Positions 28,835-37,785 of a stretch of DNA of 46,877 nt are shown here, one piece after another. Each line of letters starts with the position of its first letter. Within the stretch, counting starts at the first letter, position 1. Location of the stretch: assembly GCA_016278295.1 (NCBI GenBank), contig JADQCC010000229.1, forward strand, positions 1 through 46,877, written 5' to 3'. The notes beneath the pieces are model-generated. The model was not told the DNA's origin and searched no databases. It saw only the letters and a program-made list of their open reading frames with translations. A program made the translations under genes and the position numbers. This DNA is from Roseovarius sp. (GTDB lineage: Bacteria; Pseudomonadota; Alphaproteobacteria; Rhodobacterales; Rhodobacteraceae).

Positions 28835-29557
28835 TCAGAGTGTCATACCACCGTCGATGGCGACGCATTGCCCGGTCATGTACCGGCTTTCGTCAGACGA
28901 CAGATACACGGCAAGATCGGCGATTTCCTCGGCTTCGCCAAGGCGACCCATCGGCTGGCGCGCAACGAACTGTTTCATCGCTGCATCGTAATCGCCGGTG
29001 TCGCGCAGGCGTTGGTGCAGGCTTGGGCTGTCAACCGTCCCCGGCGCAATACAATTGCATCGGATCCCTCTGGTGATGAAATCGGCCGCCACCTGTTTTG
29101 TCAGTCCGATGGTCGCCGCCTTTGAGGTGCCATAGATGAACCGGTTTGGCAGACCGCGCAGGTTGGAACAGACCGAGGCTATATTCACAATGGCGCCGCG
29201 TTTGCGGTCGAGCATGCCAGGCAAAGCGGCCTGGATGGCATGAAAATACGGGCGGACGTTCAGGTTGATCGCGACATCGAATTCCTCGTCCGTCGCCTCC
29301 AGAACCGTTCCGTTGTGCACCACGCCGGAGCAGTTGACCAACACATCCGGTTGCGCCGCGCGCACCGCCTCGATCAGCGCGGCCTTGTCTGTGACGTCGA
29401 GCGAAAAGGAGCGCGACACATCAAGCCCTGCCAACAGATCGCCGTTCAGATCCGTCGCTACAACCTTGGCTCCCTCGCGCGCCAGTGCTTCGGCGCAGGC
29501 CCGTCCGATCCCTTGCCCTGCCGCGGTCACGAAGGCCGTCTTTCCCTGAACTCTCAT
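28835..29557 (-). CDS. SDR, 2-keto-3-deoxy-L-fuconate dehydrogenase/BDH2-like
   Basis: TAAGQGIG, VHNG, NRFIYGTSKAA, PGTVDSPSL, RQPMGRLG. Confidence 0.85.
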   Translation of the reverse strand: MRVQGKTAFVTAAGQGIGRACAEALAREGAKVVATDLNGDLLAGLDVSRSFSLDVTDKAALIEAVRAAQPDVLVNCSGVVHNGTVLEATDEEFDVAINLNVRPYFHAIQAALPGMLDRKRGAIVNIASVCSNLRGLPNRFIYGTSKAATIGLTKQVAADFITRGIRCNCIAPGTVDSPSLHQRLRDTGDYDAAMKQFVARQPMGRLGEAEEIADLAVYLSSDESRYMTGQCVAIDGGMTL

Positions 29558-29594
29558 TGTTGCTTACTCCCAAGGTGTTTGTGCATCCAGTCAA

Positions 29595-29828
29595 TCATGC
29601 GGGCACCATCATATCGCCCTCACCACCGTCGCGCGTTTCGCGCAACGTCGTGTCGGCCGCGGCATCGACTACCGACCGGGCCTGATCCAATGTTGCCGCG
29701 GCCGGGTTTTCCAAGATGACCGGCCAGCCCGGCCACCCCCGCCCAAGGCATGCCACTGCCGACACATGGTGATCCTGTGTTGGCGTGGCGATCACGGTCG
29801 CGCGGGTATCGGCGGGGTGTTCAGTCAC
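29595..29828 (-). pseudogene. Gfo/Idh/MocA oxidoreductase remnant
   Basis: VIATPTQDH...GWP(GWP)VILENP.AATLDQA resembles the family xxATPxxxH...GxxVLxEKP segment; only 77 codons; coupled to the uxaA stop. Confidence 0.6.
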
Positions 29829-31315
29829 ATCACGGCCCCAACCTGCCAGGGCACGAATTCATAGTCTCCAAGTCCCTGCGCCTCGGATTTCGATGTTTCT
29901 CCGCTCGCCATGCGCAACCACATCTGGTAAATCTCGTGCCCCACCTCGGCGACACTGACACCGTCCGAAAGGATGCGTCCGGCGTTCACGTCCATGTCCG
30001 AGATCAGGCGGTCATACATCTGCGTATTGGTCGCGACCTTCATCGTCGGCGCGGGCTTTGATCCGAACGCCGAGCCGCGACCCGTGGTGAAACACACAAG
30101 GTTGCACCCGCTGGCAATCTGTCCGGTCACGCTCGCCGGGTCATAGCCGGGGCTGTCCATGAACGTGAACCCTTTGGCCGTGACAGGCTCTGCATAATTG
30201 TAAACCGCGGTCAGGGGGGTCGTTCCACCTTTGGCCGCCGCCCCCAGAGATTTTTCGAGGATCGTTGTCAGACCGCCCTGCTTGTTCCCCGGGCTTGGGT
30301 TGTTGTCCATGTTGCCCCGATTGCGGGCGGTATAATCCTCCCACCATTCGATCAGTGCGATCAGTTTGTCACCAACCGCCCGGTCCACGGCGCGCGCGGT
30401 CAACAGATGTTCGGCACCATAGATTTCGGGCGTCTCGGCCAGAACACCGGTGCCCCCCTGGGCCACCAGAAGATCGCAGGCATGACCAACAGCCGGGTTT
30501 GCCGTGATCCCCGACCACGCGTCCGATCCGCCGCATTGCAAGGCCACCATCAGCTCGGAGGCAGGACATTCCTCTCGTTTTACCTCGTTGACCAATGGCA
30601 GCATCGCCTCGATCTTTTCGATCCCCATCTCGACCGTGCGACGCAATCCGCCCACATCCTGAATGTTCATCGACTGGAAAAACGGCCCTGGTGTCAGGCC
30701 ATAGGCCTCTATCAACCAGTCGATCTGCATCATTTCACAGCCAAGACCCGCCATCAGCACGCCGCCGACATTCGGATTGCGGGCATAGCCCCACAGCGTG
30801 CGCTGCAACAGTTCGAACCCGGTGCCGTCGCCGCCCATGGCGCACCCCGTGCCGTGTACGAACGCGGTGACACCATCGACATTGGGATAATCTGCAAGAA
30901 CGTCAGGGGTGAAATGCGCGGCGATCATGTGTGCCGCAGTGGCGGAACAGTTCACAGAGGTCAGAACGGCAATGAAATTGCGCGTGCCAACCCGCCCTGT
31001 CGCGCGACGGTATCCCATGAAACTGTCCTGTGTCCGGGCTGCCGCGACGGGGCGAAGGTTGGTGGAAAACTCGTATTCCGTATCGACATTGCGGAATTCG
31101 AGGTTGTGGGTATGCACATGGGCACCCTGAGCAATGTCTTCGGCAGCGTAGCCGATGAGCTGTGCGTATTTCCGAACGGGCGCACCTTTGGCGATGGCCT
31201 CCGACGCGATCTTGTGACCCCTGGGGATATTTTGGATCGCGCCGTCCTGGCCGGCCTCCAGAGGCGAGATTGCCGTGACCACGTTATCTTCGGAGGCAAG
31301 GCGAACGGTATTCAT
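29825..31315 (-). CDS. UxaA/GarD family dehydratase (altronate/galactarate dehydratase-like) with SAF domain
   Basis: DNVV, IPRGHK, HVHTHN, GTRN, SVNCS, HGTGC, QCGGSD, NPSPGN, EKSLG, FTTGRG. Confidence 0.9.
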   Translation of the reverse strand: MNTVRLASEDNVVTAISPLEAGQDGAIQNIPRGHKIASEAIAKGAPVRKYAQLIGYAAEDIAQGAHVHTHNLEFRNVDTEYEFSTNLRPVAAARTQDSFMGYRRATGRVGTRNFIAVLTSVNCSATAAHMIAAHFTPDVLADYPNVDGVTAFVHGTGCAMGGDGTGFELLQRTLWGYARNPNVGGVLMAGLGCEMMQIDWLIEAYGLTPGPFFQSMNIQDVGGLRRTVEMGIEKIEAMLPLVNEVKREECPASELMVALQCGGSDAWSGITANPAVGHACDLLVAQGGTGVLAETPEIYGAEHLLTARAVDRAVGDKLIALIEWWEDYTARNRGNMDNNPSPGNKQGGLTTILEKSLGAAAKGGTTPLTAVYNYAEPVTAKGFTFMDSPGYDPASVTGQIASGCNLVCFTTGRGSAFGSKPAPTMKVATNTQMYDRLISDMDVNAGRILSDGVSVAEVGHEIYQMWLRMASGETSKSEAQGLGDYEFVPWQVGAVM

Positions 31316-31376
31316 GGAGTTGCACCCTTGATTTGGTCTCGGCCACGACAGGACCGAGAGAAAAGAGGAACCGTAT

Positions 31377-31433
31377 CTATGCGCAGGCGGGGCCGTCGGA
31401 ATGAAACCGGTCAATCTGTTTCTGCGTCAGCAT
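31377..31433 (-). pseudogene. 18-codon stub of a second PhyH-family gene
   Basis: GAGG RBS then MLTQKQIDRFHSDG-PACA-stop; resembles MLTEDQKAFYDENG of the intact PhyH gene at 23068. Confidence 0.5.
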
Positions 31434-31628
31434 GGCAAGGTGTCCTCAAAGATGTGGGTGGGAAAGCGCGTTTGACCGGCCAGCAGGCGCCTCAACGGTC
31501 CGGGCCGATGACCGCACAGCGGCGCCAAGCCGGAGGTTTTCAGTGCCCCGTGCAAAGAGATCAGAACACGATCCGCAATCACATATGCGGTGCTGGTGGT
31601 CATGGCGAACTGGTCAGCCTTTTCATTG

Positions 31629-31664
31629 AAAGGGGGCGGGGTGGTCCTTCCCGCCTCCCCCTTT
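31629..31664 (-). terminator. stem-loop downstream of the TRAP large permease
   Basis: Inverted repeat AAAGGGGGCGGG...CCCGCCTCCCCCTTT about 30 nt after the dctM stop. Confidence 0.55.
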
Positions 31665-31692
31665 GGGGTTTTGCGATTTGTTTGACCGCCTG

Positions 31693-33318
31693 TCACAAAA
31701 AGATCGTCACGATAGGCGGCCAGATCAGCAGCACGAACAGCGCCAGGAGCTGCAATGCGATGAACGGCAGGAACCCGGCAAAGATCTGCGTCAGTGTGAT
31801 ATGCGACGGGGCCACGGACTTCAGATAGAACGCCGCAGGCCCGAAGGGCGGCGACAAAAAGCTGACCTGCATGTTCATAGTGAACACGACACCGAACCAG
31901 ATCGCCACATGACGCGGATCCAGTTCACCCAGAACCCCGATCTCCTGCACGGGCAGTTTCAGCACGATCGGCAGGAACACGGGCATGATCAAAAGCACGA
32001 TACCGATCCAGTCCATGAACATGCCCATGATCAGGAAGATCAACATCATCACAAGGATGATCGACATGGTCGGAAGCTCGGCCGCGATGATCATATTGGC
32101 CACGTATGTCGGGCCGCCGGACAGCGTATACGCTGCGGCCAACGCCGCCGCCCCGATTGTCACCCAGATGATCGTCCCCGTGGATTTCAACGTACGGATC
32201 AGGCTGTCCCAGATGATCTCGAACGTCAGTTCGCGGCGTATCCCACTGATTGTCAGCACGGCCACAACGCCCATGCCCGCCGCTTCGGTAATGCCGGTGA
32301 TCCCCATGTAGATGGAGCCCAGCACCACACCAATGACCACCACCGGCGCGATCAGGCCCTTGCCCATGTCCCAGCCGGCTGCAACACGCTCTTTGCCAAT
32401 GGCGTATGTGATGACCCCGGCCACGGCGAAGGCGACCGCGATATAAGGCAGATGATACACCATTCCCAAGGCGATCGGGTCTTCGCCCTCCGGCAGGGCA
32501 TTCTGGCCGGCCACGGTAAAAAACAGCGCCCGGAAGAAAAGAACCCCGATGATCCATAGCGCGAATTTCGACAGGAAGCCCAGAAACATCAGCCCCTTTT
32601 CCCGGCCGACAGCGGCCTCTGGATCGACCTCGGGCAATGGTGCCAGAGACGGATTCAGACGCGTCCGCAAGATGATGTATATGATAAAGAACGACGCCAG
32701 CATGAAGCCCGGCAAGAACGACGCTGTGAACAGGGCCTTGATCGAGGTTTCGGTCACGAGCCCGTAAAAGATCAGCACGATGGATGGCGGGATCATCGTG
32801 CCCAACGACCCTGACGCACAGATTGTCCCGATCGCGAGGTTCTGATTATAGCCAAGCCTTAGCATCTGCGGCAGCGCGATAAGCCCCAGAAGAACCACTT
32901 CACCGCCGATGATGCCGGACATGGCTGCCATGATCACCGCCATGATCGAGGTCACGATGGCAATGCCCCCACGGGTGCCCGACAGCCAGACGTTCAGCGA
33001 ATTGTACATGTCCTTGGCAATGCCCGACCGTTCCAGAAGGGCTGCCATGAATATGAAAAGCGGAATCGATATGAGAACGTAGTTCGTCATTTGTCGGTAG
33101 ACCGCCTGGGCCAGCACCGACATCGGGCCGGATCCGAAATCCCGGAAAAGAAGCACGGGCCCGAATTTCATGACCAGAACAGCGACCGCCAGGAAGGCCG
33201 AGGCGAAGCCGAGCGGCATGCCGATCGCCAGCAGAAAGAACATCCCCAGCAACAGCCAGAGGCTCAGCATCGCCACATCAGGCGATTTCATCCAGGCGAA
33301 GTAGCTCAGGAATTCCAT
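31693..33318 (-). CDS. TRAP transporter large permease (DctM)
   Basis: SIPLFIFMA, AAMSGIIGG, SGSLGTMIPPS, SFLSPPFG. Confidence 0.93.
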   Translation of the reverse strand: MEFLSYFAWMKSPDVAMLSLWLLLGMFFLLAIGMPLGFASAFLAVAVLVMKFGPVLLFRDFGSGPMSVLAQAVYRQMTNYVLISIPLFIFMAALLERSGIAKDMYNSLNVWLSGTRGGIAIVTSIMAVIMAAMSGIIGGEVVLLGLIALPQMLRLGYNQNLAIGTICASGSLGTMIPPSIVLIFYGLVTETSIKALFTASFLPGFMLASFFIIYIILRTRLNPSLAPLPEVDPEAAVGREKGLMFLGFLSKFALWIIGVLFFRALFFTVAGQNALPEGEDPIALGMVYHLPYIAVAFAVAGVITYAIGKERVAAGWDMGKGLIAPVVVIGVVLGSIYMGITGITEAAGMGVVAVLTISGIRRELTFEIIWDSLIRTLKSTGTIIWVTIGAAALAAAYTLSGGPTYVANMIIAAELPTMSIILVMMLIFLIMGMFMDWIGIVLLIMPVFLPIVLKLPVQEIGVLGELDPRHVAIWFGVVFTMNMQVSFLSPPFGPAAFYLKSVAPSHITLTQIFAGFLPFIALQLLALFVLLIWPPIVTIFL

Positions 33319-33322
33319 TATG

Positions 33323-34126
33323 TTACTTCTCCAGCTTGCGGCGGATGTTTTCGATTTCGGCCTCGTCGATATCATCCGTGCTGTGATGCTCGGCGGCCTT
33401 GTTCCAATCAGAGATGATGTTGGACAAGGCTTGCAGGGCGACCAGGCAGATGATGATCAGAATGGCGGGTTTCACGATCCCCGGAATAGGCGGGTCCCAG
33501 GCGGTCCCGAAGGTTTCCATCCTCAGGAAGCGGCGCAGAGCATCATCATAGCCGCCCCAGACCATCGCGAATGTGAAAACCCAGATCAGGAACAGGGACA
33601 GGATATCAGAGAATTTCTGCATCCAGCGGGGCAGCATGTCATAGATCACGTAGATTCGGATATGGCTCCGCTGCTGCATCGCATATTGACCGGCCAGCAG
33701 GAAAACGAAGCTGGCAATCCACAAGGAAAGCTCGTTCGCCCAAAGCGTCGGCCTGGCGAAGACATATCGCGACACGACTTCATAGAACATCACGAAGACG
33801 ATCACGGCGGTCATGATCATGGCAATCCGCGAACAGACCAACGAGATAATGTCGAATACACCATCGGGTTCGTATTCGATCACGCCGCGCGTATCAGACA
33901 GATACAGCGACACGCTCAGGATCGCGCCCGCGATGGCAAACAATGTGATCGCGACCAACGGGCGACCGGCAGGCCGGATCATCTCGTGCATGCCAATCGC
34001 ATCTTCCGACAGCAGGCGATTCGCGACAAACCACACGAACAGGACGGCAACAACCGTAGTAAACGCGATGGCGAGCAGGCGTACAGGCTGCCTGAATGCG
34101 CCCAGCCAAAGGCTTTCCTTCTCCAT
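33323..34126 (-). CDS. TRAP transporter small permease (DctQ) with N-terminal extension
   Basis: YEVVSRY, WANEL, HIRI, WDPP; lies between dctP and dctM. Confidence 0.9.
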   Translation of the reverse strand: MEKESLWLGAFRQPVRLLAIAFTTVVAVLFVWFVANRLLSEDAIGMHEMIRPAGRPLVAITLFAIAGAILSVSLYLSDTRGVIEYEPDGVFDIISLVCSRIAMIMTAVIVFVMFYEVVSRYVFARPTLWANELSLWIASFVFLLAGQYAMQQRSHIRIYVIYDMLPRWMQKFSDILSLFLIWVFTFAMVWGGYDDALRRFLRMETFGTAWDPPIPGIVKPAILIIICLVALQALSNIISDWNKAAEHHSTDDIDEAEIENIRRKLEK

Positions 34127-34228
34127 CCCGGTCCTCCCTCGAAGGTGGCGGGCCTTTTTGTGGCCCGTGGTGAATGAGTGTGTTGAACGAACGGGTCCCG
34201 GAACAGGGGGCTGCAAGTGTCAGCGGTG

Positions 34229-34252
34229 GTCCGCGACCCAAGGGTCGCGGAC
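34229..34252. other. perfect stem-loop just after dctP (probable mRNA-stabilising or attenuating hairpin)
   Basis: GTCCGCGACCC-AA-GGGTCGCGGAC. Confidence 0.55.
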
Positions 34253-34260
34253 AGGTCTCA

Positions 34261-35274
34261 TCATTTGATCAGGCCAAGCTGCCGCAGATAGGTTTTGTGG
34301 CTTTCGACTATCGCAGCGGCTTCGGGGCTGCGGGTGGCCCAATCGTCCCATGCAGCCTGAGCCGCAACACGGAATTCCCTGCGGTCTTCATCGGACCAGT
34401 CGTACAGCGTAACGCCCTGTTTCCTAAGCGCCGCCGCAGCTTCGGTGTTGGCCTTTTCGTTCGCCATCGCGATCTGGAAGGACAGCTTCTGCCACGCCGT
34501 TTCAATGATGCGGCGTTGCTGCTCGGTCAGGCCGTCCCACACGTCCTTGTTGCAGGCGAGGTGGTCGGCAGGCATCGAGTGAAAGCCGGGATAGGTCGCG
34601 TATTTCACGATGTCATAAAGCCCCAGGCCCACGTTGTTCGCAAGACCGGAGGCGTCGGCACCGTCGATGATACCGGTTTCGAGTGCGGTGAAAATCTCGG
34701 TGAAGTCCATCACGATCGGTGATGCACCCATCTTTTCAAAGATCTCGGTTTCCATGCCCGGCGGCGAACGGAACTTCCAGCCCTTCAGATCTTCTGGACC
34801 CGCAATCGGCTTGGAGGACGAGAACGATTCCTGACCGTAAATCGACCACCCGATCAGCTGCATGTTTTGAGCATTGTAAAGCTCCTGCGCAGCTTTGTAT
34901 CCCCCGCCATAATAGAGCCAGCTGTACTGCTGCCACGGCGTTTCATATCCGCCCATGATATCACCGACAAACTGGAAGGCCGGGTTCTTGCCGGTCTGGT
35001 ATGCGCCACCGGTTGCGTCACAGTCCAGGATGCCGTTGATGGCCGCGTCGAAGGTCTCGACCGTTGCCACGACAGAGGACGAATAGAACATTTCAATGGT
35101 GATGTCGCCGCCAGACATGGTCTGAACGTCATCGACCCACTGCGCCAGCATTTTGCCGGTTGGGTGTTCGGACGCGTAATGTGTCTGAATCCGCAGCGTA
35201 ACCGGCTCGGCCGCGGCGGACATGGCAATCATTGCTGTGGCGCCAGCCGCCATCAAAGTCGACGTGAATTTCAT
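34261..35274 (-). CDS. TRAP transporter substrate-binding protein (DctP)
   Basis: Signal peptide, MSGGDITIE, DLKGWKFRSP (conserved carboxylate-binding Arg), ALETGIIDG. Confidence 0.92.
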   Translation of the reverse strand: MKFTSTLMAAGATAMIAMSAAAEPVTLRIQTHYASEHPTGKMLAQWVDDVQTMSGGDITIEMFYSSSVVATVETFDAAINGILDCDATGGAYQTGKNPAFQFVGDIMGGYETPWQQYSWLYYGGGYKAAQELYNAQNMQLIGWSIYGQESFSSSKPIAGPEDLKGWKFRSPPGMETEIFEKMGASPIVMDFTEIFTALETGIIDGADASGLANNVGLGLYDIVKYATYPGFHSMPADHLACNKDVWDGLTEQQRRIIETAWQKLSFQIAMANEKANTEAAAALRKQGVTLYDWSDEDRREFRVAAQAAWDDWATRSPEAAAIVESHKTYLRQLGLIK

Positions 35275-35342
35275 TGTTATTCCTCCCTCGGCGGCTCTCC
35301 TCGACCGCCATTCTCACCTTGGTGCACGCACGTGCACCGCGA

Positions 35343-35412
35343 AAGATGGTATACCATCTTGGGCGAATTTAGCGAATGCAATCTCGACAAGCAATAATTT
35401 TTGGTATACCAA
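35343..35412. promoter_or_regulatory. two GntR-type operators in the dctP/gntR divergent promoter
   Basis: Perfect AAGATGGTATACCATCTT (35343-35360) and TTGGTATACCAA (35401-35412). Confidence 0.88.
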
Positions 35413-35488
35413 GTCTTCACTTTCGCAGAAATGCTGATCCCGATAACCAAGGACGAATATCAAGCCATTTGTTTGTGTAGAAAGCCGG

Positions 35489-36151
35489 ATGTCGAAAGAA
35501 ACGCTCGCTGAACAGATTGCCAACCGGCTTAGACGGGACATCCTGCGGGGCAAGTTGCCGCCTGGAACGTCGGTCAAGGAACGCGACATCGGTGCCGACA
35601 TGGGGGTGAGCCGCACCCCCATCCGCGAAGCCATTCGTATTCTGTCCAAAGAAGGGCTGGTCGAGCTGCGACCATCGCGCAGTCCGATCGTCGCCATATC
35701 CGATTTCAAAGAGGTCGCTGATCAGACAACAGTGTTGATCGAACTCGAAAAACTGTCTGCGGAGCTGGCCTGCAAGACCGCAACCGATGCCGACATCGAC
35801 CACTTGGCAAGTATCGTGAACTACATGTCCGAGAATTTCGACACCATCGACCCGCTGGATATGTTCGAGGTGGATATGTCCTTTCACACCGCACTCGCAT
35901 CATCGTCGGGCAACAGGGCTCTGGCCGAAACTCACAGCACATTCCTGCGCCGCTTGTGGCGGGCCCGATACCTGTCCGCGCGGCAAAGACGAAACCGCGA
36001 GCGCGTGGTTAATCAGCACACTCTCATCCTTGACGCGCTGCGCGCCCGCGACGGCCAGGCGGCACGGGACGCCATCGACTACCATCTCTGGCGTTTGGCC
36101 GAAGATATCCGTTCGGTCATTGAACAGGAATCAGCAAACCAAGAAACCTGA
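35489..36151 (+). CDS. GntR family regulator (FadR subfamily, FCD domain)
   Basis: LRRDILRGKLPPG, GVSRTPIREA, FH...GN, QH..I..AL..RD, H. Confidence 0.93.
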   Translation: MSKETLAEQIANRLRRDILRGKLPPGTSVKERDIGADMGVSRTPIREAIRILSKEGLVELRPSRSPIVAISDFKEVADQTTVLIELEKLSAELACKTATDADIDHLASIVNYMSENFDTIDPLDMFEVDMSFHTALASSSGNRALAETHSTFLRRLWRARYLSARQRRNRERVVNQHTLILDALRARDGQAARDAIDYHLWRLAEDIRSVIEQESANQET

Positions 36152-36162
36152 GGGACGCATAA

Positions 36163-37008
36163 ATGAAGCTTTTACGATTCGGCCCCGAAGGCCACGAAAA
36201 ACCCGGCATCCTGGATGACGACGGGAACGTGCGTGACCTTTCGGGCAAAGTCGATGACTTTGCCGGTGCGGCGGTGTCGCTCGATGCGCTGGACAGGATC
36301 CGCGCCATTGACATCAATGACCTGCCAAAGGTCGATGCCCCCGGTCGCATGGGATCTCCGCTGGCCTCGGTTCCCAATTTCTATTGCATCGGGCTGAACT
36401 ATGCCTTGCACGCCAAGGAAAGCGGCATGCCCAACCCGCCCGAACCCATCCTGTTTTCCAAGGCGACCTCTTCGCTGTCGGGCCCGTTTGATTCTGTCAT
36501 CATCCCCCGGGCTTCGGTCAAAAGCGACTGGGAGGTCGAACTGGGCGTGGTGATCGGCAAGACAGCGCTGTATGTCAACGAGGACGACGCGCTGGATTAC
36601 GTGGCGGGCTACTGCACTATCAACGATGTGTCGGAACGATCCTTCCAGTTTGATCATCAGGGCCAGTGGATCAAGGGAAAATCCGCACCGACCTTTGGCC
36701 CCGTCGGGCCGTATCTCGTCACTGCGGATGAGGTCGGCGACCCACAGACCTTGCGCGTCTCGCTTGATCTCAATGGCGAAACCGTTCAGGATTCCAACAC
36801 CAATGACATGATTTTCACGGTTCGCCAGATCATCAGCCATGTGAGCCGATTCATGGCCCTGGTGCCGGGCGACATCATCGCCACAGGCACACCGTCGGGC
36901 GTGGGCCTGGGGATGAACCCGCCGCGTTTTCTGACGCCGGGCGACGTGATGGAAGTCGAGGTCGAAGGCCTTGGCCGCCAGCGTCAAACCGCAGTCGCCG
37001 CAGAGTGA
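36163..37008 (+). CDS. fumarylacetoacetate hydrolase family protein (diketo-acid hydrolase-like)
   Basis: MKLLRFG..G.EKPG, CIGLNY, DWEVELG, NDVSER, KGKS, TGTPSGVG. Confidence 0.9.
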   Translation: MKLLRFGPEGHEKPGILDDDGNVRDLSGKVDDFAGAAVSLDALDRIRAIDINDLPKVDAPGRMGSPLASVPNFYCIGLNYALHAKESGMPNPPEPILFSKATSSLSGPFDSVIIPRASVKSDWEVELGVVIGKTALYVNEDDALDYVAGYCTINDVSERSFQFDHQGQWIKGKSAPTFGPVGPYLVTADEVGDPQTLRVSLDLNGETVQDSNTNDMIFTVRQIISHVSRFMALVPGDIIATGTPSGVGLGMNPPRFLTPGDVMEVEVEGLGRQRQTAVAAE

Positions 37009-37112
37009 CACGCAGGTCGCTCGTGCCGCTGCGGTCTCCTTGTGAAGGCCCGTCCGCCGCTTCGTAAATTGCCCCGCGGTTTTGCAACGCCGCAACGCCT
37101 TGGGCCTTGTCG

Positions 37113-37290
37113 TCACTTACCTGCGGCGGACAACGGCACGATGATCGGCATTTCCAGATCGTTGACAGAAATCAGTCGGCAATCGAGGCCAAAAACCCGA
37201 TCAAGCTGTTCCTTGGTCAGAACGGACCTTGTTTCACCCTGCGCAACGATACGGCCCTGATGGAACAACACGACGTGATCGGCATAGCGC
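37113..37290 (-). pseudogene. C-terminal fragment of an iron-siderophore ABC ATPase (FhuC/FepC-like)
   Basis: Reads RYADHVVLFHQGRIVAQGETRSVLTKEQLDRVFGLDCRL...-stop with no start; ends about 28 nt from the IS6 end. Confidence 0.7.
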
Positions 37291-37318
37291 GGATTTGTGA
37301 AACATCATCAAAGCCCTC

Positions 37319-37766
37319 GGCCTTGCCAACTTGTTTTCACCCGCTCGAATGCGGCCTGATCTGCGCCTGTCCGGGTGATTTGAAGCGGCCCCTGAGTTGT
37401 TCTTTCGCACCGACTGTCTCCCAGAGCCGGAACCGCAGGCCATTGATCGGAACGACGACTTCATCCAAGTGCCATTTGTCACGGCTGTCTGGCCTGTCGC
37501 CCCCGGCCCAACGCGATCCAGCAAGCGAAATGGCGGCCGGCCCGGTTCACCCAATTCCGGGCGGGTTCCCGGCTGGCTATCACGCCGCGTTCGGCAAGCG
37601 GATCCTCGACATCCGCCGTGCTCAGAACAAAACGATGATACGTCCAGACCGCGCAGGCGATGATCTCGCGGGGAAAACGGTCGCCTTTCAGGCGAGGCAT
37701 CGGACAAGGTATCTTCATACCGGCTGCGACATGCGAACGCCGACGGGAAGACACGTTGGCAATCCC
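37319..37766 (-). mobile_element. internally deleted IS6-family insertion sequence
   Basis: Imperfect terminal IRs GGCCTTGCCAACTTG / GGGATTGCCAACGTG (12/15); transposase pieces RFPREIIACAVWTYHRF, LAERG, DKWHLDEV and GRFKSP with a frameshift and deletions. Confidence 0.85.
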
Positions 37767-37785
37767 TGTCAGGAGAGGTGGGAGA

